This document shows, piece after piece, positions 56,416 through 64,000 of a stretch of 64,000 bases of DNA. Numbering within the stretch: the first letter of the stretch is position 1; each line of letters starts with the position of its first letter. The translations under genes were made by a program, and so were the position numbers. Under the pieces are notes generated by a model, which was not told where the DNA came from, did no database searches, and was given only the letters and a program-made list of their open reading frames with translations. The DNA lies in assembly GCA_902478785.1 (NCBI GenBank), contig CABSMJ010000009.1, positions 33,861 to 97,860 of the forward strand, read 5' to 3'. Source of the DNA: an uncultured Oscillospiraceae bacterium (GTDB lineage: Bacteria; Bacillota; Clostridia; Oscillospirales; Oscillospiraceae).

Positions 56416-56836
56416 GGGGCGCCGGGTGCTGATCTCCGTCCGGGGTGAGCAGTACTTTGACGGTGTGGACCCGGACGCCACGGAGCTGGTCACCGAGGGC
56501 CTTTTGCAGGAGACGGAGGAGGGACTGTTGCTGTCCTATGAGGAGAGTGCCCTCACCGGCATGGAGGGGACTACCACCACGTTCTGTGTCCGTGGCAGCC
56601 AGGTGATCCTGACCCGCTCCGGGGCCGTGAACTCCCAGATGATCTTTGAGGAGGGGTGGCAGCACACCTCCCTCTACGAGACCCCCTTCGGGGACATGAG
56701 CGTGGACATTGGCACCAGCCGTCTACGCCAGGAGTTGACTCCTGCCGGCGGGGAGATGGAGATCCATTACAGCATCGCCGTGCAGAACACCGTCACCGGA
56801 CGCAACTGCTTCCGCATCTCGGTGCGGGAGAAATGA
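56381..56836 (+). CDS. DUF1934 (YwiB-like) protein
   Basis: YEES..TGMEGTTT, R.G..NS.M.FE.G, YETPFG; upstream of argS as in the ywiB-argS arrangement. Confidence 0.85.
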   Translation: MKPIKSISTATEGRRVLISVRGEQYFDGVDPDATELVTEGLLQETEEGLLLSYEESALTGMEGTTTTFCVRGSQVILTRSGAVNSQMIFEEGWQHTSLYETPFGDMSVDIGTSRLRQELTPAGGEMEIHYSIAVQNTVTGRNCFRISVREK

Positions 56837-56887
56837 ATCCGTTTTTCCCCGTGATAAAACCATATATTATATAATGAGGTATGTACC

Positions 56888-58633
56888 ATGAAAAATCTGA
56901 TTCAGAGCGCTAAGGACCAGGCAGCGGAGCTGACCATGGCCGCCTATCGCAAGGCGGTGGCCGATGGGACGCTGCCGGAGGCGGAGGTCAAGACCGCGCC
57001 GGTGGAGATCCCCAAGGACACCGCCAACGGCGACTATACCACCACCTTTGCCCTGGCTGCCTCCAAGGCCCTGCACCAGGCGCCCCGGAACATCGCCCAG
57101 GCTCTGCTGGACCACATGGACCTCCAGGGCAGCTATTTCGCCTCCGCTTCCATCGCCGGCCCCGGCTTTTTGAACTTCCGCCTCAACGGCAGCTGGTATG
57201 AGGCAGTGCTCTCTGCTGTGGAGAGTGAGGGCGCAGCCTACGGCACCTCCGACGCCCTGAAGGGCCAGAAGATCATGGTGGAGTTCGTCTCCGCCAACCC
57301 CACCGGCCCCATGCACATGGGCAACGCCCGGGGCGGCGTGCTGGGCGACACCCTGGCCTCCGTGCTGACCGCCCAGGGCGCCGACGTGACCCGGGAATTT
57401 TATGTCAACGACGCCGGCCATCAGATCGACAAGTTCGCCCAGTCTCTGGAGGCCCGCTATCTGCAGATCATCCAGGGAGAGGAGAACGTGCCCTTCCCGG
57501 AGGACGGCTATCAGGGTGGGGATATCCGGGACCTGGCACAGGCCTACTATGACCTCCACGGGGAGGAGCTGCTCCATGTGGATGTGCAGGTCCGGCGGGA
57601 CACCCTGGCCCGCTTTGGCCTGGACACCAACCTGCCCAAGATGAAGTCCGACCTGGAGCGGTACAAGATTTTCTATGACAACTGGTTCTTTGAGTCCACT
57701 CTCCACGAGAGCGGCTACGTGGCCGACACGGTGGACAAGCTCAAGGAGGCGGGCTGGACCTATGAGAAGGACGGCGCGCTGTGGCTGCGCACCGCCGATA
57801 TCCTGCGGGAAAACCTGCGCAAGGCAGGAAAGAAGGAAAAGGACATTGAAAAGCTGGAGCTGAAGGACGACGTGCTCCGCCGGGCCAACGGCTTTTACAC
57901 CTACTTTGCTGCTGACATCGCCTATCACCGCAACAAGTTTGCCATCCGTGGCTTTGATCGGGTCATCAACGTCTGGGGTGCCGATCACCACGGCCATGTG
58001 GCCCGGCTGAAAGGCGCTCTGGATGCCCTGGGCCTGGACGGTTCCGGCCGACTGGACATCGTGCTGATGCAGCTGGTGAAGCTGCTGCGGGACGGCGAGG
58101 TGGTGCGCATGAGCAAGCGCACCGGCAAGGCCATCTCCCTGAGCGATCTGCTGGACGAGGTGCCTGTGGACGCCGCACGCTGGTTCTTCAACGCCAAGCC
58201 CGACACCCAGATGGACTTCGATCTGGGCCTGGCGGTGCGGGAGGACTCGGAGAACCCCATCTACTATGTGGAGTACGCCCACGCCCGGATCTGCTCTCTG
58301 TTGCGGAACCTGGCAGAGGAGGGCGAGACGGTGCCCGCCCTGGCGGATATGGACCCGGCGCTGCTGACGGCGGAGGCCGAGCAGGCTCTGCTCAAGCAGA
58401 TTTCCGCCTGGCCCGATACCATCCGTCTGGCTGCCCGGGACTACGATCCGTCTTATGTCAACCGCTATCTGGTGGAGCTGGCGGGCTGCTTCCACCGGTT
58501 CTATACCGCCTGCCACATCCGGGGCGAGGAGCACAAGCTGGCCCAGGCCCGGCTGAAGCTGGCGGACACCACCCGTCTGGTGCTGAAAAACGGCCTGAAG
58601 CTCATCGGTGTGGACGCACCGGAGCGCATGTAA
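56888..58633 (+). CDS. argS: Arginine--tRNA ligase
   Basis: GDY, AGPGFLNF, EFVSANPTGPMHMGN, WGADHHG, MSKRTG, YAHAR, APERM. Confidence 0.98.
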   Translation: MKNLIQSAKDQAAELTMAAYRKAVADGTLPEAEVKTAPVEIPKDTANGDYTTTFALAASKALHQAPRNIAQALLDHMDLQGSYFASASIAGPGFLNFRLNGSWYEAVLSAVESEGAAYGTSDALKGQKIMVEFVSANPTGPMHMGNARGGVLGDTLASVLTAQGADVTREFYVNDAGHQIDKFAQSLEARYLQIIQGEENVPFPEDGYQGGDIRDLAQAYYDLHGEELLHVDVQVRRDTLARFGLDTNLPKMKSDLERYKIFYDNWFFESTLHESGYVADTVDKLKEAGWTYEKDGALWLRTADILRENLRKAGKKEKDIEKLELKDDVLRRANGFYTYFAADIAYHRNKFAIRGFDRVINVWGADHHGHVARLKGALDALGLDGSGRLDIVLMQLVKLLRDGEVVRMSKRTGKAISLSDLLDEVPVDAARWFFNAKPDTQMDFDLGLAVREDSENPIYYVEYAHARICSLLRNLAEEGETVPALADMDPALLTAEAEQALLKQISAWPDTIRLAARDYDPSYVNRYLVELAGCFHRFYTACHIRGEEHKLAQARLKLADTTRLVLKNGLKLIGVDAPERM

Positions 58634-58764
58634 ATGGGCGGCATATTTGCTTGAATAAATAGGAGGGACGCCTTCTGTGGGGGAGGCGCCTGAGAAGGGA
58701 GCGGCTGCGGCCGCTGTGACCGGCGGAGCCGGAGGCTTCGCTGCTGGAAAAGGAGAGATTGCGC

Positions 58765-59883
58765 ATGGAAAAGGCAAAGGTTTATTTCGCGGATTTCCGC
58801 TGCCCCAGCTGGCGGGAGAATCTGCCTCAGAAGCTGGCGCGGCTGATGATGACCGCCGGCTTTGGTAACATCGATATGGAGGATAAGTTTGTTGCCATCA
58901 AGATGCACTTCGGTGAGCCGGGCAACATGGCCTATCTGCGGCCCAACTGGGCCAAGGTGGTGGTGGACCTGGTGAAGGACCAGGGCGGAAAGCCCTTCCT
59001 GACGGACTGCAACACGCTGTATGTGGGCGGCCGGAAGAACGCCCTGGATCACCTGGAGTCTGCCTATGTCAATGGCTTCACCCCCTACTCCACCGGCTGC
59101 CACATCCTCATCGCCGATGGCCTCAAGGGCAACGATGAGGTGGAGGTCCCCGTGGAGGGCGGCGAGTATGTCAAATCCGCCAAGATCGGCCGAGCCATCA
59201 TGGACGCGGATGTGTTCATCTCTTTGACCCACTTCAAGGGCCATGAGCAGGCCGGCATGGGCGGTGCCCTGAAGAATATCGGCATGGGCTGCGGCTCCCG
59301 GGCCGGCAAGATGGAGCAGCACAACTCCGGCAAGCCCTATGTCAAGCAGGAAAACTGCATCGGCTGCCGGGCCTGCGCCAAGATCTGCGCCCACGATGCA
59401 CCGCAGTTCGGCCCCGACGGCAAGGCCACCATTGACATCAACAAGTGTGTGGGCTGTGCCCGGTGCCTGGCCATCTGCCCCAAGGATGCCATTGAAACCA
59501 TGTTTGATGAAGCCCCGGCCATCCTCAACAAGAAGATCGCTGAGTACACCAAAGCGGTGGTAGACGGCCGCCCCTGCTTCCATGTGTCTTTGGTACTGGA
59601 TGTGTCTCCCAACTGCGACTGCCACGCGGAGAACGACGTGCCCATCGCGCCCAATGTGGGTATGTTTGCCTCCTTCGATCCGGTGGCTCTGGACCAGGCC
59701 TGCGCCGACGCCGTGATGGCTCAGCCCGCCATGCCCGGCTCTGTCCTCTTTGACGAGGGCTATGACTGCAACTGCGCCGACCACATGACTGCCGCCCATC
59801 CCGACACCGACTGGCGGGCCTGCCTGGAGCACGCGGAGAAGCTGGGCCTGGGCGTCCGGGACTATGAGCTGATCCGCATCTGA
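58765..59883 (+). CDS. DUF362 Fe-S protein with a 2x[4Fe-4S] ferredoxin insert
   Basis: VAIKMHFGE.GN, LTDCNTLY.G.R, HFKGH, GGALKNIGMGC, two CxxCxxCxxxC motifs, CDC, DPVALD.AC.D. Confidence 0.9.
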   Translation: MEKAKVYFADFRCPSWRENLPQKLARLMMTAGFGNIDMEDKFVAIKMHFGEPGNMAYLRPNWAKVVVDLVKDQGGKPFLTDCNTLYVGGRKNALDHLESAYVNGFTPYSTGCHILIADGLKGNDEVEVPVEGGEYVKSAKIGRAIMDADVFISLTHFKGHEQAGMGGALKNIGMGCGSRAGKMEQHNSGKPYVKQENCIGCRACAKICAHDAPQFGPDGKATIDINKCVGCARCLAICPKDAIETMFDEAPAILNKKIAEYTKAVVDGRPCFHVSLVLDVSPNCDCHAENDVPIAPNVGMFASFDPVALDQACADAVMAQPAMPGSVLFDEGYDCNCADHMTAAHPDTDWRACLEHAEKLGLGVRDYELIRI

Positions 59884-60374
59884 TGGTAACGGTATTGTGC
59901 GGCCCTGTGGCCGCTGGAAAGACCTTCCTGGCCCAGCGCCTGGGCCGGGAGGGCGCACTGGTGCTCTCCTGCGATGAGATGATGCTGACCCTTTTTGACC
60001 GCTGCCTGGGCCCGGAGCACCACGACGAGATGGCCCTGCGTTGCCTGCGGTATCTCTTCTCCGTGGCGGTGCAGGAGGCCCGTCTGGGCCGGGACGTGGT
60101 GGTGGACTATGGCATGTGGCTCCGCCAGGAGCGCGACGCGGCCCGTCAGGCTTTTCGCAACGCCGGGGTGCCCTATCGGATCCTGCTGGTGGAGGTGGAT
60201 GAGGCCACCCGCCTGCGCCGCCTGGAGCGGCGAAATGAGGGGCTGCGGCATGCGGACCACCGGGTCTACCTCATCGAAGGGGAGCTCCTGGAGCGCATGG
60301 ACGCCAAATGGCAGCCTCTGGGTCCGGAGGAAACCGATGTGGAGCTTTTCCGCAACGACGCCGAGCTGGCTTGA
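59883..60374 (+). CDS. Small P-loop kinase (AAA_33-like)
   Basis: LCGPVAAGKT Walker A, LSCD, VVVDYG.W, R...R; TGATG overlap with the DUF362 gene. Confidence 0.82.
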   Translation: MVTVLCGPVAAGKTFLAQRLGREGALVLSCDEMMLTLFDRCLGPEHHDEMALRCLRYLFSVAVQEARLGRDVVVDYGMWLRQERDAARQAFRNAGVPYRILLVEVDEATRLRRLERRNEGLRHADHRVYLIEGELLERMDAKWQPLGPEETDVELFRNDAELA

Positions 60375-60507
60375 GAGCGAAAAGAAAAATGAAAAAACGC
60401 CGCCTGAGTCCCTGCGCAGGGACCCAGGCGGCGTTTTCCTTTGGTCTGTTGACAAGGCGGCCGGCGAGGGCGTAACATAAGAGAAACGATGGAAGGGAGG
60501 CGTAGGA

Positions 60508-61206
60508 ATGGGAGAAAAGACCCATCCGGTGGGCGCGGCCTTTCGGGCCGCCTTCCCGGTGACGCTGCCGGTGCTGACCGGCTTTTTGGTGCTGGGCCTT
60601 GCCTACGGTGTGCTGATGGCGACCAAGGGCTACGGCCCTTTGTGGGCGGGACTTTTCAGTGCCGTGGCCTTCTGCGGCAGCATGCAGTTCGTGGCCATCA
60701 CGCTGCTGACCACCGTCTTTGACCCCTTTCAGGCCTTTTTGCTGAGCCTGATGGTCAATGCCCGACACATCTTCTATGGACTGTCCCTTTTGGAAAAGTA
60801 CAAGGGCCTGGGCTGGAAGCGCTGGTTCTGTATCTACACCCTGTGCGACGAGAACTTCTCCCTGACCTCTACGGTGGAGCCGCCGGAGGGCGTGGACCGG
60901 GGGACCTTTTTCTTTGCCATCTCCCTTCTGGACTGGCTGTACTGGGTCGTCAGCAGTATCTTGGGCGGCGTGCTGGGCAATTTCCTGACCTTTAACACCA
61001 CGGGGCTGGACTTTGCCCTGACGGCCCTCTTTGTGGTGCTGCTGCTGGAGCAGGTGAGCAAGCGGGAAAACCGGCCGGCCGCCGCCATCGGCATCGGGGC
61101 TACGGTGGTGAGCCTGCTGCTCTTTGGGGCGGACAACCTGGTAATTCCGGCCATGGTGCTGATCCTGGTGGTGCTGCTGGCGGGAAGGAGGAAGCTATGC
61201 GCCTGA
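60508..61206 (+). CDS. azlC: Branched-chain amino acid exporter AzlC
   Basis: AAFPVTLPV..GF, GSMQF, VNARH.FYG, DENF, GLDFALTALF. Confidence 0.93.
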   Translation: MGEKTHPVGAAFRAAFPVTLPVLTGFLVLGLAYGVLMATKGYGPLWAGLFSAVAFCGSMQFVAITLLTTVFDPFQAFLLSLMVNARHIFYGLSLLEKYKGLGWKRWFCIYTLCDENFSLTSTVEPPEGVDRGTFFFAISLLDWLYWVVSSILGGVLGNFLTFNTTGLDFALTALFVVLLLEQVSKRENRPAAAIGIGATVVSLLLFGADNLVIPAMVLILVVLLAGRRKLCA

Positions 61207-61532
61207 CAATGGTTCAAACGCTGGTGATTTTGCTGGCGGTGGCCGCGGGCACCCAGATCACCCGCTGGCTGCCCTTTGTGCTCTTTCCGGAGAACCGGGA
61301 GCCGCCCAAGGTGGTGGCCTATCTGGGACGGGTGCTGCCGCCGGCCATGATGGGCCTGCTGGTGGTTTACTGCCTGCGCAGCGTGGACCTGCTCTCCGGC
61401 AGCCACGGTCTGCCGGAGACCATCGCCGTGGCGGTCATCGCGGTGCTGCATCTGTGGAAGCGCAACGTGCTGCTGTCCATTGCCGGCGGCACGGCGGTAT
61501 ACATGCTGCTGGTCCAGGTGGTTTTTGCATGA
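61197..61532 (+). CDS. azlD: Branched-chain amino acid exporter AzlD
   Basis: TRWLPF, YLG.VLPPA.MGLLVVYCL, SIAGGT..YM. Confidence 0.93.
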   Translation: MRLTMVQTLVILLAVAAGTQITRWLPFVLFPENREPPKVVAYLGRVLPPAMMGLLVVYCLRSVDLLSGSHGLPETIAVAVIAVLHLWKRNVLLSIAGGTAVYMLLVQVVFA

Positions 61533-61570
61533 TAGAAGGAGCCCCCGCTTTTTAGCGGGGGCTTTTTTGC

Positions 61571-62095
61571 CTAGGCGCCGAAGAACAGGCGCACTGTCAG
61601 CGCGGCAGCGGCAAAGCCCGTCAGGTCTGCCGCCAGAGCGGCGGGGATGGCATAGCGGGTCTTGATGATCCCGGCGGAGCCGAAGTAGACAGCGATGGTG
61701 TAAAAGGTGGTCTCCGTGCTGCCCAGCATCACAGCGGCCACCCGGCCAATGTAGGAGTCAGGGCCGTACTGCTGCATCAGCTCCGTGCCCACGGCCAGAG
61801 CGCCGCTGCCGCTGACAGGGCGGATGAGCAAAAGCGGTGCCGTCTCCGGTGGAATGCCCAACAGCTCCAGCACCGGGGCGAAGGCCTGGCCAAAGAGCTC
61901 CATGGCCCCGGAAGCCCGGAACATATAGACCGCTGTCAAAAGCCCCACCAGGGCGGGGATGATCCGCAGCATCACCGTCAGTCCCGTCTCCGCTCCATGG
62001 GTCAGGGCGGAGTAGACGTCCACCTTCCGCCCCATGGCGAAGAGGGCCGTTCCCGCCAGCATGACCGGGACCAAAAGGGAGGAGAGAGCCTCCAT
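61571..62095 (-). CDS. spmB: Spore maturation protein B
   Basis: RPVSGSGA, GPDS, GSTETTFYTIAVYFG. Confidence 0.94.
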   Translation of the reverse strand: MEALSSLLVPVMLAGTALFAMGRKVDVYSALTHGAETGLTVMLRIIPALVGLLTAVYMFRASGAMELFGQAFAPVLELLGIPPETAPLLLIRPVSGSGALAVGTELMQQYGPDSYIGRVAAVMLGSTETTFYTIAVYFGSAGIIKTRYAIPAALAADLTGFAAAALTVRLFFGA

Positions 62096-62673
62096 CAGCG
62101 CCTCCAGACCCGGCTGAGGACCTTGGCAGTCAGAAGGCCCACGGTTACCGACAGTATCGAGGACAGCCACACCGCCGGAAGGATGTCAAAGGGGGCGGCG
62201 GAGCCGCAGGCCGCCCGGACGCCGGCCACGGTGGCGGGGATCAGCTGGATGGAGGCGGTGTTGAGTACCACCAGCAGGCACAGCTCATCGCTGGCCACGC
62301 CGTCGGTGCCTTTGGCCATTCGGCAGGCGGCCTGGATGCCCAAGGGCGTGGCGGCGCTGCCCAGACCCAGCAGATTGGCCGACACATTGGCGGAGACCGC
62401 GGCCAGAGTCTCCGTGTCCCGGCTGGCCTGAGGCAAAAGCCGCCGGAGCAGGGGACGGAAGGCCCGGGCCAGGGCACCGGAGAGTCCGCACTGGTTCATC
62501 AGCTCCATGACTCCGCTCCAAAGACACATCACCCCTGCCATGGAAAGACACAGTTCGATGGCAGCCGAGGCCCCCTCCAGGGCTGCGCTGCCCAGGGCGT
62601 CCAGCTCTCCTGTGACTGCGCCGCAGACCAGAGAGAGCACTACCATCCCCGTCCATACCACCGTCATCGCCAT
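62095..62673 (-). CDS. spmA: Spore maturation protein A
   Basis: LWSGVM, ANLLGLG.AATPLG, VLNTASIQLIP.T. Confidence 0.94.
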   Translation of the reverse strand: MAMTVVWTGMVVLSLVCGAVTGELDALGSAALEGASAAIELCLSMAGVMCLWSGVMELMNQCGLSGALARAFRPLLRRLLPQASRDTETLAAVSANVSANLLGLGSAATPLGIQAACRMAKGTDGVASDELCLLVVLNTASIQLIPATVAGVRAACGSAAPFDILPAVWLSSILSVTVGLLTAKVLSRVWRR

Positions 62674-62800
62674 AGCGCCGACCTCCTTTTTTGCCGCCTT
62701 TCCGGCAGGCGACATGCCCAGGGTCCCTGAGGGGCGGACAGCCCAGTACAGGTCCTTTTATATATAGGACGCAAGTAGGAAAAATATGCCTCTGGCGGGA

Positions 62801-62944
62801 TTCGACAAGAAAACAGCCGGTTTGTGAACGAATTGGAAATTCTGGGAAGGTTCGGTTGACAGAATGCGACGTTTTGTGCTATTGTGCTCATTACAGAGTG
62901 ATTTGTTTGTGGAAAATAGATAGGAATGGTCGTACGTTGACGAG
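62801..62944 (+). promoter_or_regulatory. abrB promoter with Spo0A boxes
   Basis: Perfect 0A box TTCGACA (reverse TGTCGAA) at 62801; TTGACA-N18-TATTGT at 62856-62885; tandem degenerate boxes GGTCGTA-CGT-TGACGAG at 62928-62944. Confidence 0.65.
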
Positions 62945-62956
62945 AAAGGTGATCAT

Positions 62957-63199
62957 ATGAAGTCGACAGGTATCGTGAGGAAAGTGGATGAATTAGGACG
63001 TATCGTGCTGCCCATCGAGATGCGGCGCACACTGGATATTGCGGAAAAGGACGCCCTGGAAATCTATGTAGAGGGTTCCTCCGTGATTCTCAAGAAGTAT
63101 CGACCCAGCTGCATCTTCTGCGATAGCACAAAGGATATCACCACCTTTAAGGGAAAGAACATCTGCCCCAAGTGCCTCAAGGAAATCAAGGGTTTATAA
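62957..63199 (+). CDS. abrB: Transition-state regulator AbrB
   Basis: MKSTGIVRKVDELGRIVLPIEMRRTLDI; C-terminal CIFC...ICPKC; adjacent to rsmI. Confidence 0.96.
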   Translation: MKSTGIVRKVDELGRIVLPIEMRRTLDIAEKDALEIYVEGSSVILKKYRPSCIFCDSTKDITTFKGKNICPKCLKEIKGL

Positions 63200-63208
63200 G
63201 AAAAGCGG

Positions 63209-63244
63209 AAAAAAGGACCGGGCCAATTTGGCCCGGTCCTTTTT
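63209..63244. terminator. Bidirectional terminator between abrB and rsmI
   Basis: AAAAAGGACCGGGCCAA-T-TTGGCCCGGTCCTTTTT. Confidence 0.9.
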
Positions 63245-63250
63245 GTCCTT

Positions 63251-64000
63251 TCATCGCTTCATGGCAGCGGCATAGAGCTCGTTGCGGCTCAGGCCCGTGG
63301 CCTGGGCCACCTGACGGACGGCGTCCTTGGTGCCCGTGCCCTCCTCCCGGAGCCGCAGCACCTCCTCCACCGCCTCCTCCAGGGAGATCGCCGGTGCCTC
63401 CTCCGGCTCTGCGCCGGCCACCACCAGCACATATTCGCCCTTGGGGGCGTTTTCGGCGTAGTAAGCCACCGCCTCCTCCAACGTGGTGCGCATGGTCTCC
63501 TCGTGGAGCTTGGTCAGCTCCCGGCACAGGGCGATCTGCCGCTGGGGGCCGAAGGTATCCTTCAGGTCCTGCAAGGTGGCGCGCAGCTTGTGGGGCGCCT
63601 CGTGGAAGAGCATGGTCCGCTGCTCGCCCCGCAGGCTCTCCAGGTGGGCCCGGCGCTCCTTCTTGTTGACGCTCAAAAAACCCTCGAAGGTGAACCGCCG
63701 GGTGGGCAGACCGCTGACCGCCAGGGCGTTCACCGCCGCGCAGCAGCCGGGGATGCTCAGCACCTCCACCCCCGCCTGGGCGCACAGCCGCACCAGACCC
63801 TCTCCGGGGTCGCTGACGGCGGGGGTGCCGGCGTCGGTGACCAGGGCGCAGCTCTCGCCTCCCAGCAGGCGGTTCAAAATGGCCTGCCCAGCGGAGGCCT
63901 GGTTGTGCTCATGGTAGCTGACCATGGGCTTTTTGATCTCGAAATGGTTCAGCAGCTTCACCGAAACCCGGGTGTCCTCAGCGGCGATGAAGTCAACCGC
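63251..64000 (-). CDS. rsmI: 16S rRNA (cytidine1402-2'-O)-methyltransferase; 5' end outside the window
   Basis: AAEDTR (read at the window end), SYHEHN, DAGTPAVSDPG, FEGFL, EAPH, RELTKLHEE, KGE. Confidence 0.96.
   Translation of the reverse strand, partial: AVDFIAAEDTRVSVKLLNHFEIKKPMVSYHEHNQASAGQAILNRLLGGESCALVTDAGTPAVSDPGEGLVRLCAQAGVEVLSIPGCCAAVNALAVSGLPTRRFTFEGFLSVNKKERRAHLESLRGEQRTMLFHEAPHKLRATLQDLKDTFGPQRQIALCRELTKLHEETMRTTLEEAVAYYAENAPKGEYVLVVAGAEPEEAPAISLEEAVEEVLRLREEGTGTKDAVRQVAQATGLSRNELYAAAMKR

Noticed and set aside
62760..62789. Sigma-E promoter for spmAB (GCATATT-N15-CTATATAT)
   Set aside because: Plausible biologically, but the -10 match to CATAnnnT is poor, so it is not called

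Overview
GC-rich chromosomal window from a spore-forming Clostridia member; gene content and GC suggest Oscillospiraceae, which is an inference. It is mostly core genome. Sporulation genes: spoIVB (partial), spo0A, cwlJ plus a gerQ-like gene, a GerA/SpoVAF-family gene, spmAB and abrB. Other core loci: hslO, a five-tRNA operon (Val, Asp, Phe, Gly, Cys), ilvBN, pflA-pflB under a ZMP/ZTP riboswitch, a pstSCAB-phoU-HD-phoPR cluster, recG, an ECF sigma/anti-sigma pair, thyA-folA, murI-DUF1934-argS, azlCD and rsmI (partial). I found no transposase, integrase, prophage or CRISPR array. The most interesting signals are six. (1) A probable ribosome-dependent attenuator for ilvBN: a leader peptide with 11 consecutive Ile/Val/Leu codons and a workable antiterminator/terminator pair, where a T-box would be more usual in Firmicutes. 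(2) An orphan two-gene operon (13.4-18.3 kb): an internally duplicated polytopic membrane protein and a 1080-aa single-pass protein with three tandem ~243-aa repeats of a domain I cannot assign. (3) A stand-alone E2-like acyltransferase domain with DERxxDG in place of DHRxxDG, translationally coupled to an acyl-CoA ligase. (4) A DUF2156-GNAT fusion. (5) A six-hairpin element between two related terminators after tRNA-Cys. (6) Structured leaders before spo0A and an SLH-protein gene. All calls come from reading the sequence and from remembered family motifs; no database searches or folding programs were run.
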